Of a stretch of DNA of 64,000 nt, positions 38,561 to 51,961 are shown in pieces. The notes beneath the pieces were generated by a model. That model did not search any database, was not told the DNA's origin, and worked only from the letters and a program-made list of their open reading frames with translations. The position numbers and the translations under genes are program-made. Location of the stretch: the NCBI RefSeq assembly GCF_006345805.1, contig NC_043007.1:38130001-38194000 (forward strand). Reading direction: 5' to 3'. The stretch comes from Octopus sinensis. Its lineage: Eukaryota. Numbering within the stretch: the first letter of the stretch is position 1; the number at the start of each line of letters is the position of its first letter.

Positions 38561-39407
38561 AAATTAATAGGGAGACAGTGCTCATGATCTTTGCAAACCA
38601 TCCCAGCTTTGCGAAATAGATGCGGCAGATACCTAGCAAGAACATCTACAAGAAAACGTGTGATGAGGAGGGAACAGGTGTTCTGGTCCGAATGCTCAAA
38701 ACAAAGCGAACTCCACTAAAGGCACCGAAGAACTGTTGGAGTGTTTAAGTGCTCGAGCGGGCCGCATGACAGATTGGCAACCCATAGTAGTGAAGACAGT
38801 AAGGATGATGTGCTAGTATATATATGTTCAAAGTATAAGGTATTATGCTGTGATGAGGGACAGAAACCTGATCGAGTATTTAATTGCCTTCAGCAATATT
38901 TTGGTTTTGAAATCATAGATATTACTTCTGTCTCGGATATACTTCGTAAAAGAAAAGAAAAAAAGAAGAAAAAAACCCACTTATTTGAATGTGTGTACTT
39001 TTTATTAAGCCTATATTCAGTAACGAACAGAAGTAAAGGTATAGAATAAGGCCTCGGTAAAAGGATAAAAAAAATATTCGTTTTAATTCTCCAGGACTCA
39101 CTTGGACCGACGAACTAAGGAAAGGTGAGGAATAAATAAAGGTGGCAGGGTATATTTTCCGGAATCATTGCAGTGTCATTTCAGATAGAGTGATTGATGA
39201 AAAGATCTGAATGAATTGAGCGTATGAAAGGAAGAGTAAAAAAATTTCTAAATAAAACAAACCCTATTTAAAGCGAGACGGGTAAATCACATGATTCCAA
39301 AACCTGGTGGCTAAAATGTGACACTAATAAGTTGTCATATTAAAAGGAAAATTAATTAGGAAAAATAAATGCATTTGTATTTATTTAACCACTTAGTTCA
39401 TACTATT

Positions 39408-39450
39408 AGATAGATAGATAGGTAGGTAGGTAAGTAGATAGATAGATAAT

Positions 39451-39505
<55 letters not shown>

Positions 39506-39540
39506 GTAGGTAGGTAGGTAAGTAGATAGATAGATAGATA
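39408..39540. repeat. (GATA)n/(GGTA)n microsatellite
   Basis: Direct inspection. Confidence 0.92.
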
Positions 39541-40206
39541 GCTCGCTCGCTAGATGAATAGATTGACTGATGGGTAGGTAAAGGGATAGATATACATGAC
39601 TGGATTTTTTAGTTCGTCCAAACCATCACACTCTATAAACATTCTGTCATATCAACATATAGATTATTCACATTCATAAACACATGATTGAGTGTGAATA
39701 TGTGTGTGTGTAGCTAGGTATAGAAACAATTTCTGTATGTAAATGCGTATATGTGTGTGTGTGTGTGAGTGTGTAAAACAGTGAAACAATGTTTGTACCT
39801 TATTCTTTATTATTATCATCATTGTTTATCGAATATGTGTTTAGCAAAAGAAGAAAATGTGAGAATGATCACTTTTTCTGTTTCCACGTTCTCTTCAAGT
39901 ATCGGCACAGCACTTTGTTTAGAACATGTAAACACAAATTTATTGTTTCAAATCTAGTTTACATATCCTTAAAAAGAAAATTAATTTTAACATTTAGCTA
40001 TCAACTTTTAAAAATATAGGGTTTATATTTTCTGTAACTAGTTATATCATCGTTATATCACTTTGGTTAGTAGAAGTTTGTTTGTTACTTTTTATCATCG
40101 ACGTTTTAATGTCACATGATTTTATGATATTCAGGATGTCCAGCCATCAATGTATTCGTGCGTATATTTGGGTGCGTGTGTGTATACACAAATACACACA
40201 CGGATA

Positions 40207-40269
<63 letters not shown>

Positions 40270-40839
40270 AAAGATACATATATGTATATACACATCTATA
40301 CGTAGATCTGTGCATATAATACATACATACATGTACATACGTATTGTGTGTGCGTGCGCGTAGGCTTGTACATGGATATGTACACACAATATACACGGGT
40401 ATACATACATATACGCACACAGTCACTACTAGGAATCGACATTCACTATGCCTTTCGCTATTCTTTAGGTGCCTATGAAGTTGCGATAGCTTGCAGATAG
40501 CTACAACACACCCATCCTTAAACAAGTGGGACGTGGAAGACAAACAGCTGGACGATGACAGGGCTGAAAATTATATATATATATATAAATATGGTTATGT
40601 AAATACACATATACATAAATGCTTACGTATACTTACAAATGCTCATATATGGATAAATACTTATACAGACACATATATGGACACATACAAACACACATAT
40701 TTTATATATATTTATTTCTTACTATATCGAAAATAGGTATGTTATACATGAGCATGTACTGTGTATGTTGCTAAGTATAGATGTATAAATGAATGCATGT
40801 GACTAAAGAGTGTTTATATCATAATTTGTTCGAGTGAAC

Positions 40840-41400
40840 CAAGAGGCTGACATAATGGGCGAGAGGTATATGTGTGTGTAGTGCGTAAGTGTTACATGGT
40901 GGGCGGTGCTTGTTCCGAAACATGGTTGGCAAGAAAATTGCCGTCGCTCCTTTTTTGCATGTATAAAATGTATTTGAGCGCGCTTGCCTTAAGGGGAAAT
41001 TGACACAAGGTTCAAAGAAAGAAAGGAAGAAGAACGAATAAGAGTCATGAAAAGAACGTTCGTACAGATAGAAATGACAGAAATTGTTGAGGAAGGGAAA
41101 GTTGTGAGAGACTACTGGGTTATGAAAGAAAGAACGGGAGAGATTTGGGTGTGTGAGTGATAAAGTGTGATAGATATAGATAGACATACAAGCAAAACGA
41201 AGCCGAATTGCATCTGAGAGAAATAATTAGGAGACACACAGAACCTGTTTGTACAGATGAAAGAAAGACCGAAAGAAGGAGGCTCTGTGAGTGTGTGTGT
41301 GTGTGTGTATTTGAGCGAGAAAGCCGCTAAGTTGCGCGCGCGCACGTGTATAACAAAGAGAGGAGTGGTGGGGTGAATCAGTCGCACACCTTCGAAGAAA
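40840..41400. promoter_or_regulatory. Candidate promoter/enhancer island
   Basis: Non-repetitive and CpG-rich, with a GC box gggcgg (~40901) and gcgcgcgcgc plus E-box cacgtg (~41334-41348); lies 1.4-1.9 kb inside the first intron relative to the proximal ATG exon. Confidence 0.35.
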
Positions 41401-41816
41401 ATTTTCTTAAATATTAAATATGTGCGCGAGTATTTTTAGTAATGTCGTTAAGAAATGTAAACGTAAAGACGGTTTTCAAAAAAGAAAAAAAAGATGACAG
41501 ACAAAGAGTAAAAGGGGTGGAAGGTGATAAAATACAGTAGTAGTAATAATAGTAGTAGCAACAGAAAGTGTTAAATAATACATAAGTATATTGCAACATA
41601 TACTTGTAAGACTATATAAAAGATATATACGAAGACAAGATTCATGAATACGTGTCCATAAACATACACGTGTGTTTATACTATATATATTTTTTTTATT
41701 TGTATTTGTTGGTGGGAATTGTATACCGGAATTTAGTAAGAAATCATCAAGCATGACGAGTGTGATAATGATTTATACACACATATACATACATACATAC
41801 ATACATATATATATAT

Positions 41817-41879
<63 letters not shown>

Positions 41880-42745
41880 ATATATACGTGTTAACACGCA
41901 GGTTTCTGCTTTTACCGGATTTCGGACATTCATACCTTCTACACAAGACAGACATGCGTGCGTGTGTGTGTGTGTGTGCGGCCTCTGTGTGTGTGTGCAC
42001 AAATCCATCCACCCTTCAACGAGTCAAGAAGCCAATACATGGTCACTTGACAGGCTAGAAATAATAGCCAAATCTACCTAAAATTACAATCAGCTGTCGT
42101 AATAAAGGAAGGATACATAAATATGTCCTAAATACTCTACAACTGAAAAGATGCTCACAACTTGAACATCTGTGATCATAGGGCTGCTCAATCAGTTATG
42201 ATCTGATTGATAAACATTGCACCTGACACTAATAATTACTATTTTTATATACTGTATTATACAATAGGCTCGTTAGTTTTATATTATATACACTGACTAT
42301 TTTTAAACACACGTCTCCTGAGTTACGTCTATCCCCCATTCCGGTCACACGTACATGTTCTTTAACTCGATGTCAACCCTGTTTGGGCAGAACCTATGAT
42401 CAAAGATGTTCCAGCCATGACAGACAGTCCTGCAATTTTGTACATCTACGATTACATTGTCTGTTCTTCGTAAATTTGTCGTTGCATTTTCTTTTCCTCT
42501 TTTTTCTTTTGTTCTTTTGCTTTAATAATAGGGCGTGATTTTTGAGGAGGGGGGAGGGATGCGATTGCATTTTAGAGCAGATCGGAAGAAACAACCAAGT
42601 ACAAGTTGTCTGAGAGAAAAGTAGGGTCGTATACAACTTTAAATCTGAGTAAATAATAAAACGTGATGTGTATAACAAGAGAATAAATGCGTAAGTGAAT
42701 ACAAACATAATCAAACATCTTAATAAAATATCCTTCAAAACATAC

Positions 42746-42748
42746 CAT
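42746..42748 (-). CDS. GMF: Candidate GMF first coding exon (ATG only), proximal
   Basis: Minus strand reads taccaagATG|gtatgt. GMF genes characteristically have an ATG-only first coding exon, and exon 2 starts in phase 0. The site lies in a CpG-retaining domain. Confidence 0.55.
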
Positions 42749-43293
42749 CTTGGTAATTATCCGTGCCACTTGTCTCCGTTTTGGGTAATTAATAAGTACA
42801 ATAAGGCCAACTTTATGATTTCCTCGTACAATAGTTTGCTTTTTCTTTTACGTGTGTGTGTGTATATAAAGAGGGTGTGTGTGTATATATATATATTTAT
42901 ATATTATACTATATATCTATATTATATGGTTTATATACATATGCGCAATGTATGTCTATTCGCTACTGTAATATATTTATACAGTGTGTATATAGAGAAT
43001 ATGTGCTGTCGTTGATAAAGACAGGAGTGTTGTGTTGATTGTATTTTTCATTTGATGCTGCTGCTGTTTTTGTTATTACTTTTTTCCGAATTCTTGCTGC
43101 TCCTGTTGTTGATGTTAATGTTGTTCTTCCTGTCTCCACTTCTCATTCCTCAATCAGGCGGTTACTCTTCTACATCAACACATGCCTACACACGCAAATC
43201 TATCTATCTATATATAGAGAGAGAGACAGTGTTGTTTGTTTTTGTAGAGTTACTTGTTAGTTTTATTACAATTACATTAATTATTAAATCGAC

Positions 43294-43352
<59 letters not shown>

Positions 43353-43901
43353 TATATATAAATGCAATTAATTTAACAAAAAGGAGTCCAGAGAAAACGA
43401 AAGTGAGAGAAAAATAAAGTTGAAAGTTGAGGGAATCCCTTTGGCATACAATGTAGTATATATATATATATATATGTATATATTATATATCTGAATATAT
43501 TATATGTAAAGCTATTTAAAGATGTACAGCTATAAGCAATGATATAAAACAAACTAGTTTTAAAGCCGTTCTTGCGAAATAACCAGTGTTAATTAATGCC
43601 TCTTGTTTTTGTTTTTGTTTTTTAGTTAGAGTCAGTGCGATTATTCCGTGTGCATTGTCGGCATCTCTCCTCTGATCCTTTTTTTCCAGCACTTCCCCTC
43701 GCTCTGGTTTCTACAAAAGTCTGATTTCGTAATATAAAACGAAACGAAATATGGTTTCATTTTTTTTTTCTATTTTTTAATTTCTTTCACAAGTTCTCTG
43801 CCCATTCGTTTACCACCCTGTCTTCCTCCTCTTCTCTCTCTCTCTCTATCTCTATGTATGTATGTGTGGTATGTTGTATTTATGTATGTATATAGAATAT
43901 A

Positions 43902-43932
<31 letters not shown>

Positions 43933-43954
43933 GATAGATAGATATAGATATATA

Positions 43955-44178
43955 TATTTCTTATTGCCCACAAGGGGCTAAACATAGAGGGGACAAACAA
44001 GGACAGACAAAGGGATTGAGTCGATTATATCGACCCAGTGCGAAAACGGTACTTTATTTATCGACCCCGAGAGGATGAAAGGCAAAGTCGACCCCGGCGG
44101 AATTTGAACTCAGAACGTAACGACAGACGAAATACCGCGAAGCATTTCGTCCGGCGCGCTAACGTTTCTGCCAGCTCA
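43955..44178 (-). mobile_element. SINE family B, CpG-intact copy
   Basis: Colinear with family B; nearly all CpGs retained. Confidence 0.88.
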
Positions 44179-44208
44179 CACATATAAACATGTATATTTC
44201 GGGCACAG

Positions 44209-44404
44209 GTATGTATGTATGTGTGTATGTATGTATGTATGTATGTATGTATGTATGTATGTATGTATGTATGTATGTATGTATGTATGTATGCATGTAT
44301 GTGTGTGTGAATGCACATACATACACACACATACACACACACACACATACATACATACATACATACATACATACATACATACATACATACATACATACAT
44401 ACAT
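44209..44404. repeat. (TATG)n followed by (CATA)n, inverted microsatellite pair
   Basis: Direct inspection. Confidence 0.9.
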
Positions 44405-44877
44405 GTTCTCTTCTATTTTTAATTATTTGAAATACTCCAGGTTTCAACGTTGGAATGTAATTAATAAAAACATATTCACATTTTGAACTTGAGGAAAGTT
44501 TTACATATTTCTACTGTTCCACTTACACGCAAGTTAGTTGGTTTATTTGATTGTCTGAAAACCTCGGCTTATCCAGATTGTCACTTGGGAATTTTACTCA
44601 GAAAACCAAGTATACCAATTATAATTGGTATAAATGTATGAATTTTAGTATGTAGGCAGGAATTTATGAATGTATGTATGTATATTGATAAGACAATAAA
44701 ATACATCCAGATTCTATATATTGGTTAGTGTTAAGAAGGGTATTCAGCTTTAGAAACCATGCCAACCTGGACTACACGAGCGAGATGTGGTTCTACGACC
44801 TCTCTAGGAGGATAGTAATTCCGAATAAGAACTAATTCAGTCTATAACGATTCAACTAACTCATGTTAGCTTGGAAA

Positions 44878-45268
44878 TCTTTATATATAAAAGTGAAGTT
44901 GTGTGTCTGTCTCCTACGATTTAGATTCCTAACTACTCCCACATTTTGCGGTGCAGTTTAACCAAAAGCGGGTATCTTATAGTCGTGATTCATATCGAGC
45001 CCTTCTGGGTATTAGCGCGTGTCTACGATGAGTCTACGATTTAAAAAAAAATTTACCATCATTTTTTTCCATTTTAATGCATTTTTTCGCTATTATATAA
45101 GGGAAGTAACTCTCTAAAAATGTCTACGATGAGTCAACGATTTAAAAAAAAATTACCATAATTTTTTTTCCATTTTTAATGCGTTTTTTTTTTTTGCTAT
45201 AACTCTCTAAAAATGCTTATATAGTTATTTCCCTTACAAACCCGAGCAACGCCGGGCGATACTGCTAG
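44878..45268 (+). mobile_element. Non-autonomous Helitron with internal ~100-bp tandem duplication
   Basis: A|TCtttatatataaaag...cccgagcaacgccggg cgatactgCTAG|T; interrupts an RTE-tail repeat. Confidence 0.85.
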
Positions 45269-45401
45269 TAAGACAAGATGATTATGTGTGTGGGCGCTCA
45301 CAAATACAAACGCACACACGCACGCTCACGCACACACGCGCGGTAAAATTAACAACTTCGATTAACTGGTTGTCCTTACATTTAGAAGACTAAAGACTCT
45401 C

Positions 45402-45440
<39 letters not shown>

Positions 45441-46148
45441 GATGTGCTTAAAATCTGGAAAGTTAGAGTTGTCTTGAGGGAAATAACTCTAACAATATCA
45501 GCTTTTTCTAATATATTTCCTTCTTATTTGATCTTATCAACGAAGCAGATTCAGGTGATCTTTGTCCATTTTCTCTAACTTCAGCTGGCTCATTTTATTT
45601 GACGGACTCAGAACAGTTATTTTCATGACGCTCTGCTGCGGCCAGCTTATTTATCATTGGGATTTTATCTATTTATATGTGTGTGTGTGTGCGCGTAAAA
45701 ATAATTAATTAATTAATGCGACGAGCTGGCAGAATTGTTAGCGCGTTGGACATTTCGGCATTTCTTCCGGCTGTTTATTTTCCGAGTTCAAAAGCTGTCG
45801 AGGTCGACTTCCCTTTCCATCTTTTCGGGGCCGATAAAATACGTAGCAGTTGAGCACTGAATCAATGTAATCGACTCACCCTCCCCTCTAAAAAATTGCT
45901 ATCCTTGTAAAATGTGAAACAGTCATTATTGGTGTGTGTGTGTGTTTGAGTTTGTTGCTGTTACGCCTGTTAAATATTCTCGTGTATGAACTTGTAAAAA
46001 TTAATTGAATGCTTTCATTTATTTTAACCTCGCAAATGTAGCAACAATGCAGTCGCTTGAGCTCTTAGAAATCACAGTCAACTCTCCTTACAATCATACC
46101 ATTCCATCTTTAAAGAACAGCAAATACAAACACGCATACACACACACA

Positions 46149-46179
<31 letters not shown>

Positions 46180-47651
46180 CACAAGCAATTTGAATGGTTT
46201 CAAATTTTAGTACAAGACCAGCAGTTCCTGGGAGGGGGCAAGTCAATTACATCGACCCCAGTGCGTAACTAGTACTTATTTCATCGACCCCCGAAAGGAT
46301 AAAAGGCAAAGTCGACCTGGGCAGAATTTGAACTCAGAACGTAAAGACGGACGAAATGCCGCTAAGCACTTTGCCTGGTGTGCCAACGATTATGAATAAT
46401 AAGAATTATACTTAATTATACAAGAAATATTCTTTATAACTAACAAGCGGGCCGCAACAATGCGGAAAAAAAATAACCATTCTTCCGCAGCCTGTGAATG
46501 AAGTGATACTTGTTGAAGTGAAAGTTTGTCAAAGTGAAAGTAATACGCCAATCATAACGATTGCAGCATATATTTTACTTCAGACTGGAAAATTAATAAA
46601 TGTGAAACTGTAAGACTACTACAGTGTTTTTATTTTAGCAACAGAGAACACTCCACTGAGGTGTTTTCCTCAGACATATTGAGCATGTATGTATGTAGGT
46701 AGGTAGATAGGTAGGCAGGTAGGTAGGTATGCATTCATGCAAGCATGCTTGTATACATACATACATACATACACAACAGCTCTGAAGGAAATACCTATGA
46801 AAAGAAAATGAGAGATGTATGTATGAATGCGTCTGTGTGCATGTATGTATGCGTATATGTATGTATGTATTTATATATGTATGAATATATGTATGTATGT
46901 ATGTATGTATGAATGTATGTATGTATGAATGTATGTATGTATGTATATATGTATGTATATATATGTATGTATGTATATATGAATGCATGTATGTATGTAT
47001 GTAAATATGTATATATCTGTATATGTATAAATGCATGTGTTTGGACATGTATGTGTCTGTGGAAGATGGATCTTCGTCAAATTCGACGAAGAGTACTCCA
47101 GTTGTTTGATCAAGTGAATTATCTAGTTATCGATTTACATTTTTTAACTTGTCAATACATCATGCCAGGCTTTTAGTATAGTTTATTGATGTATGTATGC
47201 CTGAATGCATCTGTGTGTGTGTGTGTCCGCACGTTTGTATATATACATGTATATTTGGGTATGTATGTAAATATGTACATTTGTATGAATGTGTATGTAT
47301 AGATGATTGTATGTATATATATATGCCTGTCTACTGCATGCGTGCATGTATACATTTATGTATATATGCTTGTATGTCCTTTTTTTCCATTGAGCAGGGA
47401 TCTAAACAAAGCTCTTTCATTGGAATTTAGATATCAACTAAGTTATCATTCATACATGTACGTGTCTATGCATGTATGTTCGTCTGTCAGCGTGTATGAT
47501 TTATTTTTCTTTAAGTTTTATTTAATTTCTTCTTGAGAGAGTTCAAGACGGTCGCTGACAAAACAACAAGACGTTTTGAGTTAAGAGAGTTCCCGAGGGT
47601 TTGTCAATGCATGGTAGAGTTGATGTGTTGGTTGAGCTGTCAATGCATTCA

Positions 47652-47652
47652 C

Positions 47653-47683
<31 letters not shown>

Positions 47684-47713
47684 ATATATATATATATAAT
47701 ATATAATATATAT

Positions 47714-47755
<42 letters not shown>

Positions 47756-47853
47756 TATATAATATATATATTATAATATATATATATATATAATATATTA
47801 TATATATATTATAATATATATATATATATTATATATATATATAATATATATAA

Positions 47854-47928
<75 letters not shown>
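47652..47928. repeat. Long imperfect (TA)n tract
   Basis: ~275 bp almost entirely A/T. Confidence 0.95.
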
Positions 47929-47929
<1 letters not shown>

Positions 47930-47930
<1 letters not shown>

Positions 47931-48360
47931 TGAAGGTGCGTGGCTTAGTGGTTAGGGCATTCGGCTCACGATCGTAAGGGCGTGGGTTCAATTTCCGGCG
48001 ACGCGTTGTGTCCTTGAGCAAGCCACTTTATTTCACGTGGCTCCAGTCCACTTAGCTGCCAAAAGTGAGTAGTACCTGTATTTCAAAGGGTGATACTTTG
48101 TTGAAGTGAAAGTTTGTCAAAGTGAAAGTGAAACTCCAATCATAACGATTGCAGCATATATTTTACCTCAGACTGGAAAAATTAATGAATGTGAAACTGT
48201 AAGACTACTACAGTGTGTCACGCTGAATCTCCCTGAGAACTACGTTAAGAGTACACGTGTCTGTGGAATGCTCAGCCACTTGCACGTTAATTTCACGAGC
48301 AAGCTGTTCCGTTGATCGTATCAGCTGGGACCCTCGTCGTCGTAACCGACGGAGTGCTCC
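47930..48360 (+). mobile_element. SINE family D carrying a 127-bp local templated insert
   Basis: Colinear with the 22900 copy except 48090-48216, which copies 46503-46627. Confidence 0.85.
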
Positions 48361-48494
48361 TCCTCCATACATGTACACATGCATGTATGTATGTACGTAC
48401 GTATGTACGTATGCATGTGTGTATATGTCATCATTGTCACAATCATTTAACATCCATTTTCCATGGGTGTTTTTATTTTCATGACATCATCACT

Positions 48495-49220
48495 TGTAAG
48501 ACAGTAAAACTAAGAGTAGGGAGATAGAGAAGAAAGAGGCTTTATACCTAAGCCTAATGTAAGATCACCATTTGTAAGCCTGTTTGTATGTTTCACCATA
48601 CAAACAGGCTTTAAAATGTTGAGTCTAGAGAAAGACAGAATACCCATGACCTTTGCAAGTCAATCATCACTTGCAGGAAAGACATGAGCAGGACAATTTT
48701 CTGTTGAGGAAGAACTAAGAAAAGTGGTTAATGTGGGGATGCACAAAGGGGACACAGCAAAGGTGACATGAGATGGAGTGATGAGTTTGTAGTGGAGCCA
48801 TCTTGGAAATCTCCAGCACGCATGCACAGAGTCGGATTCTTCCGGCAGGCCTACTGGAAGTTCCCTCATGCGCATGTGCAGAAAACTAGCAGCAGTGAAA
48901 TTTCCCTCATATCGTCCTCTCGAACGCTGGCAGACGAACAAGACTATCGTGATTTAGCAGCTCTCTCAAGCTGCTACCTCGTGGCAGTTCTCCGCTATGC
49001 TTGAATGGATAGGATTTGGCTCACTACATTTGACTACTGCAACGAGCCCCTAGGCTGCCGATTCGCCCTGAAAGAAGAATGTATATATTGCGAATCCAGA
49101 AATAAAATATTTATACTGTTGAGGTTAATCGGAAGTCTTGACCCTTTCCTTCGATTAATATTTTAACGTCAAGGATGTGAGCTGCATCCATCCAGTGCAG
49201 GGACCTCTCATCCTGTTACA
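48495..49220 (+). mobile_element. Candidate solo LTR
   Basis: GC/CpG-richer block bounded by TGTAA...TTACA with AATAAA near 49101; no direct TSD found. Confidence 0.45.
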
Positions 49221-49935
49221 AGTTGTTTAGGGGTAACCAAGTAGAGGTGGTGCAAAACAAACCAATAAAAATCTATGTCACTACAGATCTTGCTAGTAAA
49301 ACAATCCTTTCTATTATAGGCACAAGCCTGAAATTTGGGATGGGGGCAGTCGAATAGATCGACTCCAACACACAACTGGTACTTAATTTATCAACCCTGA
49401 AAAGATGAAAGGCAAAGTTGACCTTGATGGAATTTGAACTCAGAACGTACTGACTAACTAAATGTCATTAAGCATTTTACCTGCAAGCCTAATGGTTCTA
49501 CCAGCCTGCCGCCTTCTTACCAGTAAAATAATGCAATAGTAAATACTCAACATATGGTGGAAAGCTGAAAGAAGCATTTTGCCTGTCTTTACGTTCTGAG
49601 TTCAAATTCTGCCAAGGTCGACTTTGCCTTTCATCCTTTTGGGGGTCCATAAAGTAAGTACCAGTTGTGTACTGGGGTCGATGTAACTGACTTACACCCC
49701 ACCTCCACTCCTCCACCCAAAGCTGCTGACCTGGTACCAAAATGTGAAGTCAATAATTACACAAAATGTGGTTTGTGTATTCAAACAACACATTTCAAAT
49801 CCTAATTTGTAACCTCACAACAAGGCTTACATGAACATGTTTGTAAAAATGTGCATTTGACAATTGTAGAAAAATTTATGGATATTTTTGTGCTTTCATT
49901 TCAAGGGAATGATTTGTTTTGTAGAGTTAGATATA

Positions 49936-50333
49936 GGCACAGGTATGACTGTGTGGTAAGAAACATGTTTCCCAACCACATGGTTCCAGGTTCAGTCCTG
50001 CTGTGTGGCACCTTAGGCAAGTGTTTTTCTACTATAGCCTTGGGCCAACCAAAGCCTTGTGAGTAGATTTGGTAAACGAAAACTGAAAGTAGCCCATTGT
50101 GTGTTTGAGTGTGCTTGTCTTTGCATCTGTGTTTGTCTCCCATCACCATCAAACAACCGGTGTTGGTATGGTTACATCCCTGTAACTTAGCAGTTCAACA
50201 AAAGAGAATGATAGAATAAGTACCTGGCTTAAAAAGGAAAATAAGTACTGGGATCACGTCATTCGACTAAAAATTGTTCAAAGCGATGCCCCAGCATGAC
50301 TGCAGTCTAATGACTGAAACAAATAAAAGATAA
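49936..50333 (+). mobile_element. SINE family A, older copy
   Basis: Diverged but colinear with family A. Confidence 0.8.
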
Positions 50334-50489
50334 CAAAAAAAAAGATGTACAAGCAGATAAAAGACTATCAGTAGAAAGCAAAAACAGTTAAACACATGTA
50401 CTTAAACTGGTTGAAATTACTCTGAAGAGGTTAGGCTAAGGCTAGTCTCTAGGAGGAAGAGTAAGTGTGTGTCAAATAGCACAGCTTAC

Positions 50490-50492
50490 CAT
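50490..50492 (-). CDS. GMF: Candidate GMF first coding exon (ATG only), distal/alternative
   Basis: Minus strand reads gctaccATG|gtaagc: strong Kozak context plus a strong donor, in non-repetitive sequence. Confidence 0.45.
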
Positions 50493-50970
50493 GGTAGCTA
50501 GTCAGGGAAGAGAATACTAAACAGCTGGTTATTTGATCTGCTATCAAGCGAATGACTCAAGAAACAGGTTGTGGGCATGAACAAATTTTCATTTGATTCA
50601 CCCTTTTGATACCAACTCTGTGTGTGTGTGTGCAGACTTGTGTATCTATGTATGTATGTTTGAATTAGCTTGTAGTTAAATGAGTTTTCTACACACATGT
50701 GCAGTCGAAAGATAATCCTTATCAAACTTAGATTGACACAGTGAGTTACAAGATAACCCCTTAGAATTACAAATGCAGTCCATCTAATGTGTTTCTATAT
50801 TTGAATGCAGGAATTGCCACATGATTAGGAAGTTTATTTCCCAGTTCAATTCCTGGTTCAATCTCATTGTGTGGTATCTTAAGCAGGTGGTCTTTTTTTT
50901 AAAACCAGACCCTCAGTTTGACTCTAGATTTATATCTGAAATTGATTGAGAGAAAAGTAATTGATAACTA

Positions 50971-51386
50971 AGGCAGCAAGCTGGCAGAAACGCTAGCACG
51001 CCAGGCGAAATGCTTAACAGTATTTCATCAGGCTTTACATTCTGAGTTCAAATCCCACTGAGGTCAACTTTGCCTTTCATCCTTTCAGGGTCAATTAAAT
51101 AAGTACCAGTTATGCACTGGGGTTGATATAATCGACTTAATCCATCTGTCTGTCCTTGTTTGTCTCCTCTGTGTTTAGCCCCTTGTGGGTAGTAAAGAAA
51201 TAGGTATTTCGTCTGGCTTTACATTCTGAGTTCAAATTCCACTGAGGCCAACTTTGCTTTTCATCCTTTCCAGGTCAATAAATTAAGTACCAGTTACGCA
51301 CTGGGGTTAATGTAATCGACTTAATCCCTTTGTCTGTCCTTATTTGTCCCCTCTATGTTTAGCCCCTTGTAGGCAATAAAGAAATA
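50971..51386 (+). mobile_element. SINE family B dimer with 19-bp TSD
   Basis: TSD agaaaagtaattgataact at 50951-50969 and 51387-51405; the second monomer is 5'-truncated and starts at 51203. Confidence 0.9.
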
Positions 51387-51961
51387 AGAAAAGTAATTGA
51401 TAACTGTGAATTCACTGTTTACAATATAATTAGCTGATATCAAGATGCACAGACAATATTGGAAAGTGTATTTGAAATTAGCTTCATGCATTCATTTATT
51501 AATACAATAATACCTATGTGTCTGCTATTTGAAAAGACTTTCAGTATTAATGGTGAGAGGCTTTCAAATATGAAGGATCACCTCTAAAACAAAAAAATAA
51601 AGATATTGAATATATTTTTGTAAAATTAGAAACCAACCAAACTTAAAAACACTATTACTTAACCATTTACCTGTGAATCACATGTGACATGTGGGACATT
51701 TCCCTGGCATTCATGCATCATATATGATACACATTTCCAAATTTTTTTAACAACCAGAGTAACTTGGGACTTATGAAAGGAAAGCTTTATATTGCTCAGA
51801 ATGTATGAAACAAGGTTAACTAAAAGTCTGAAAGCAAGCATAGATGTTTAGGACAAACTTAGGAAAATACTTTGGACAGGCAAAGAGTTGAAGTACTGGC
51901 TAATTTTAATGAAGAAGTGAAGGTGTCACAGGGTACCTCTGTAAAAATATGTGAAGATATA

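Noticed and set aside
39096-39140. Possible 30-bp plus-strand micro-exon (ctccag|...AAAG|gtgagg)
   Set aside because: No partner exons or recognisable protein; such sites arise by chance.
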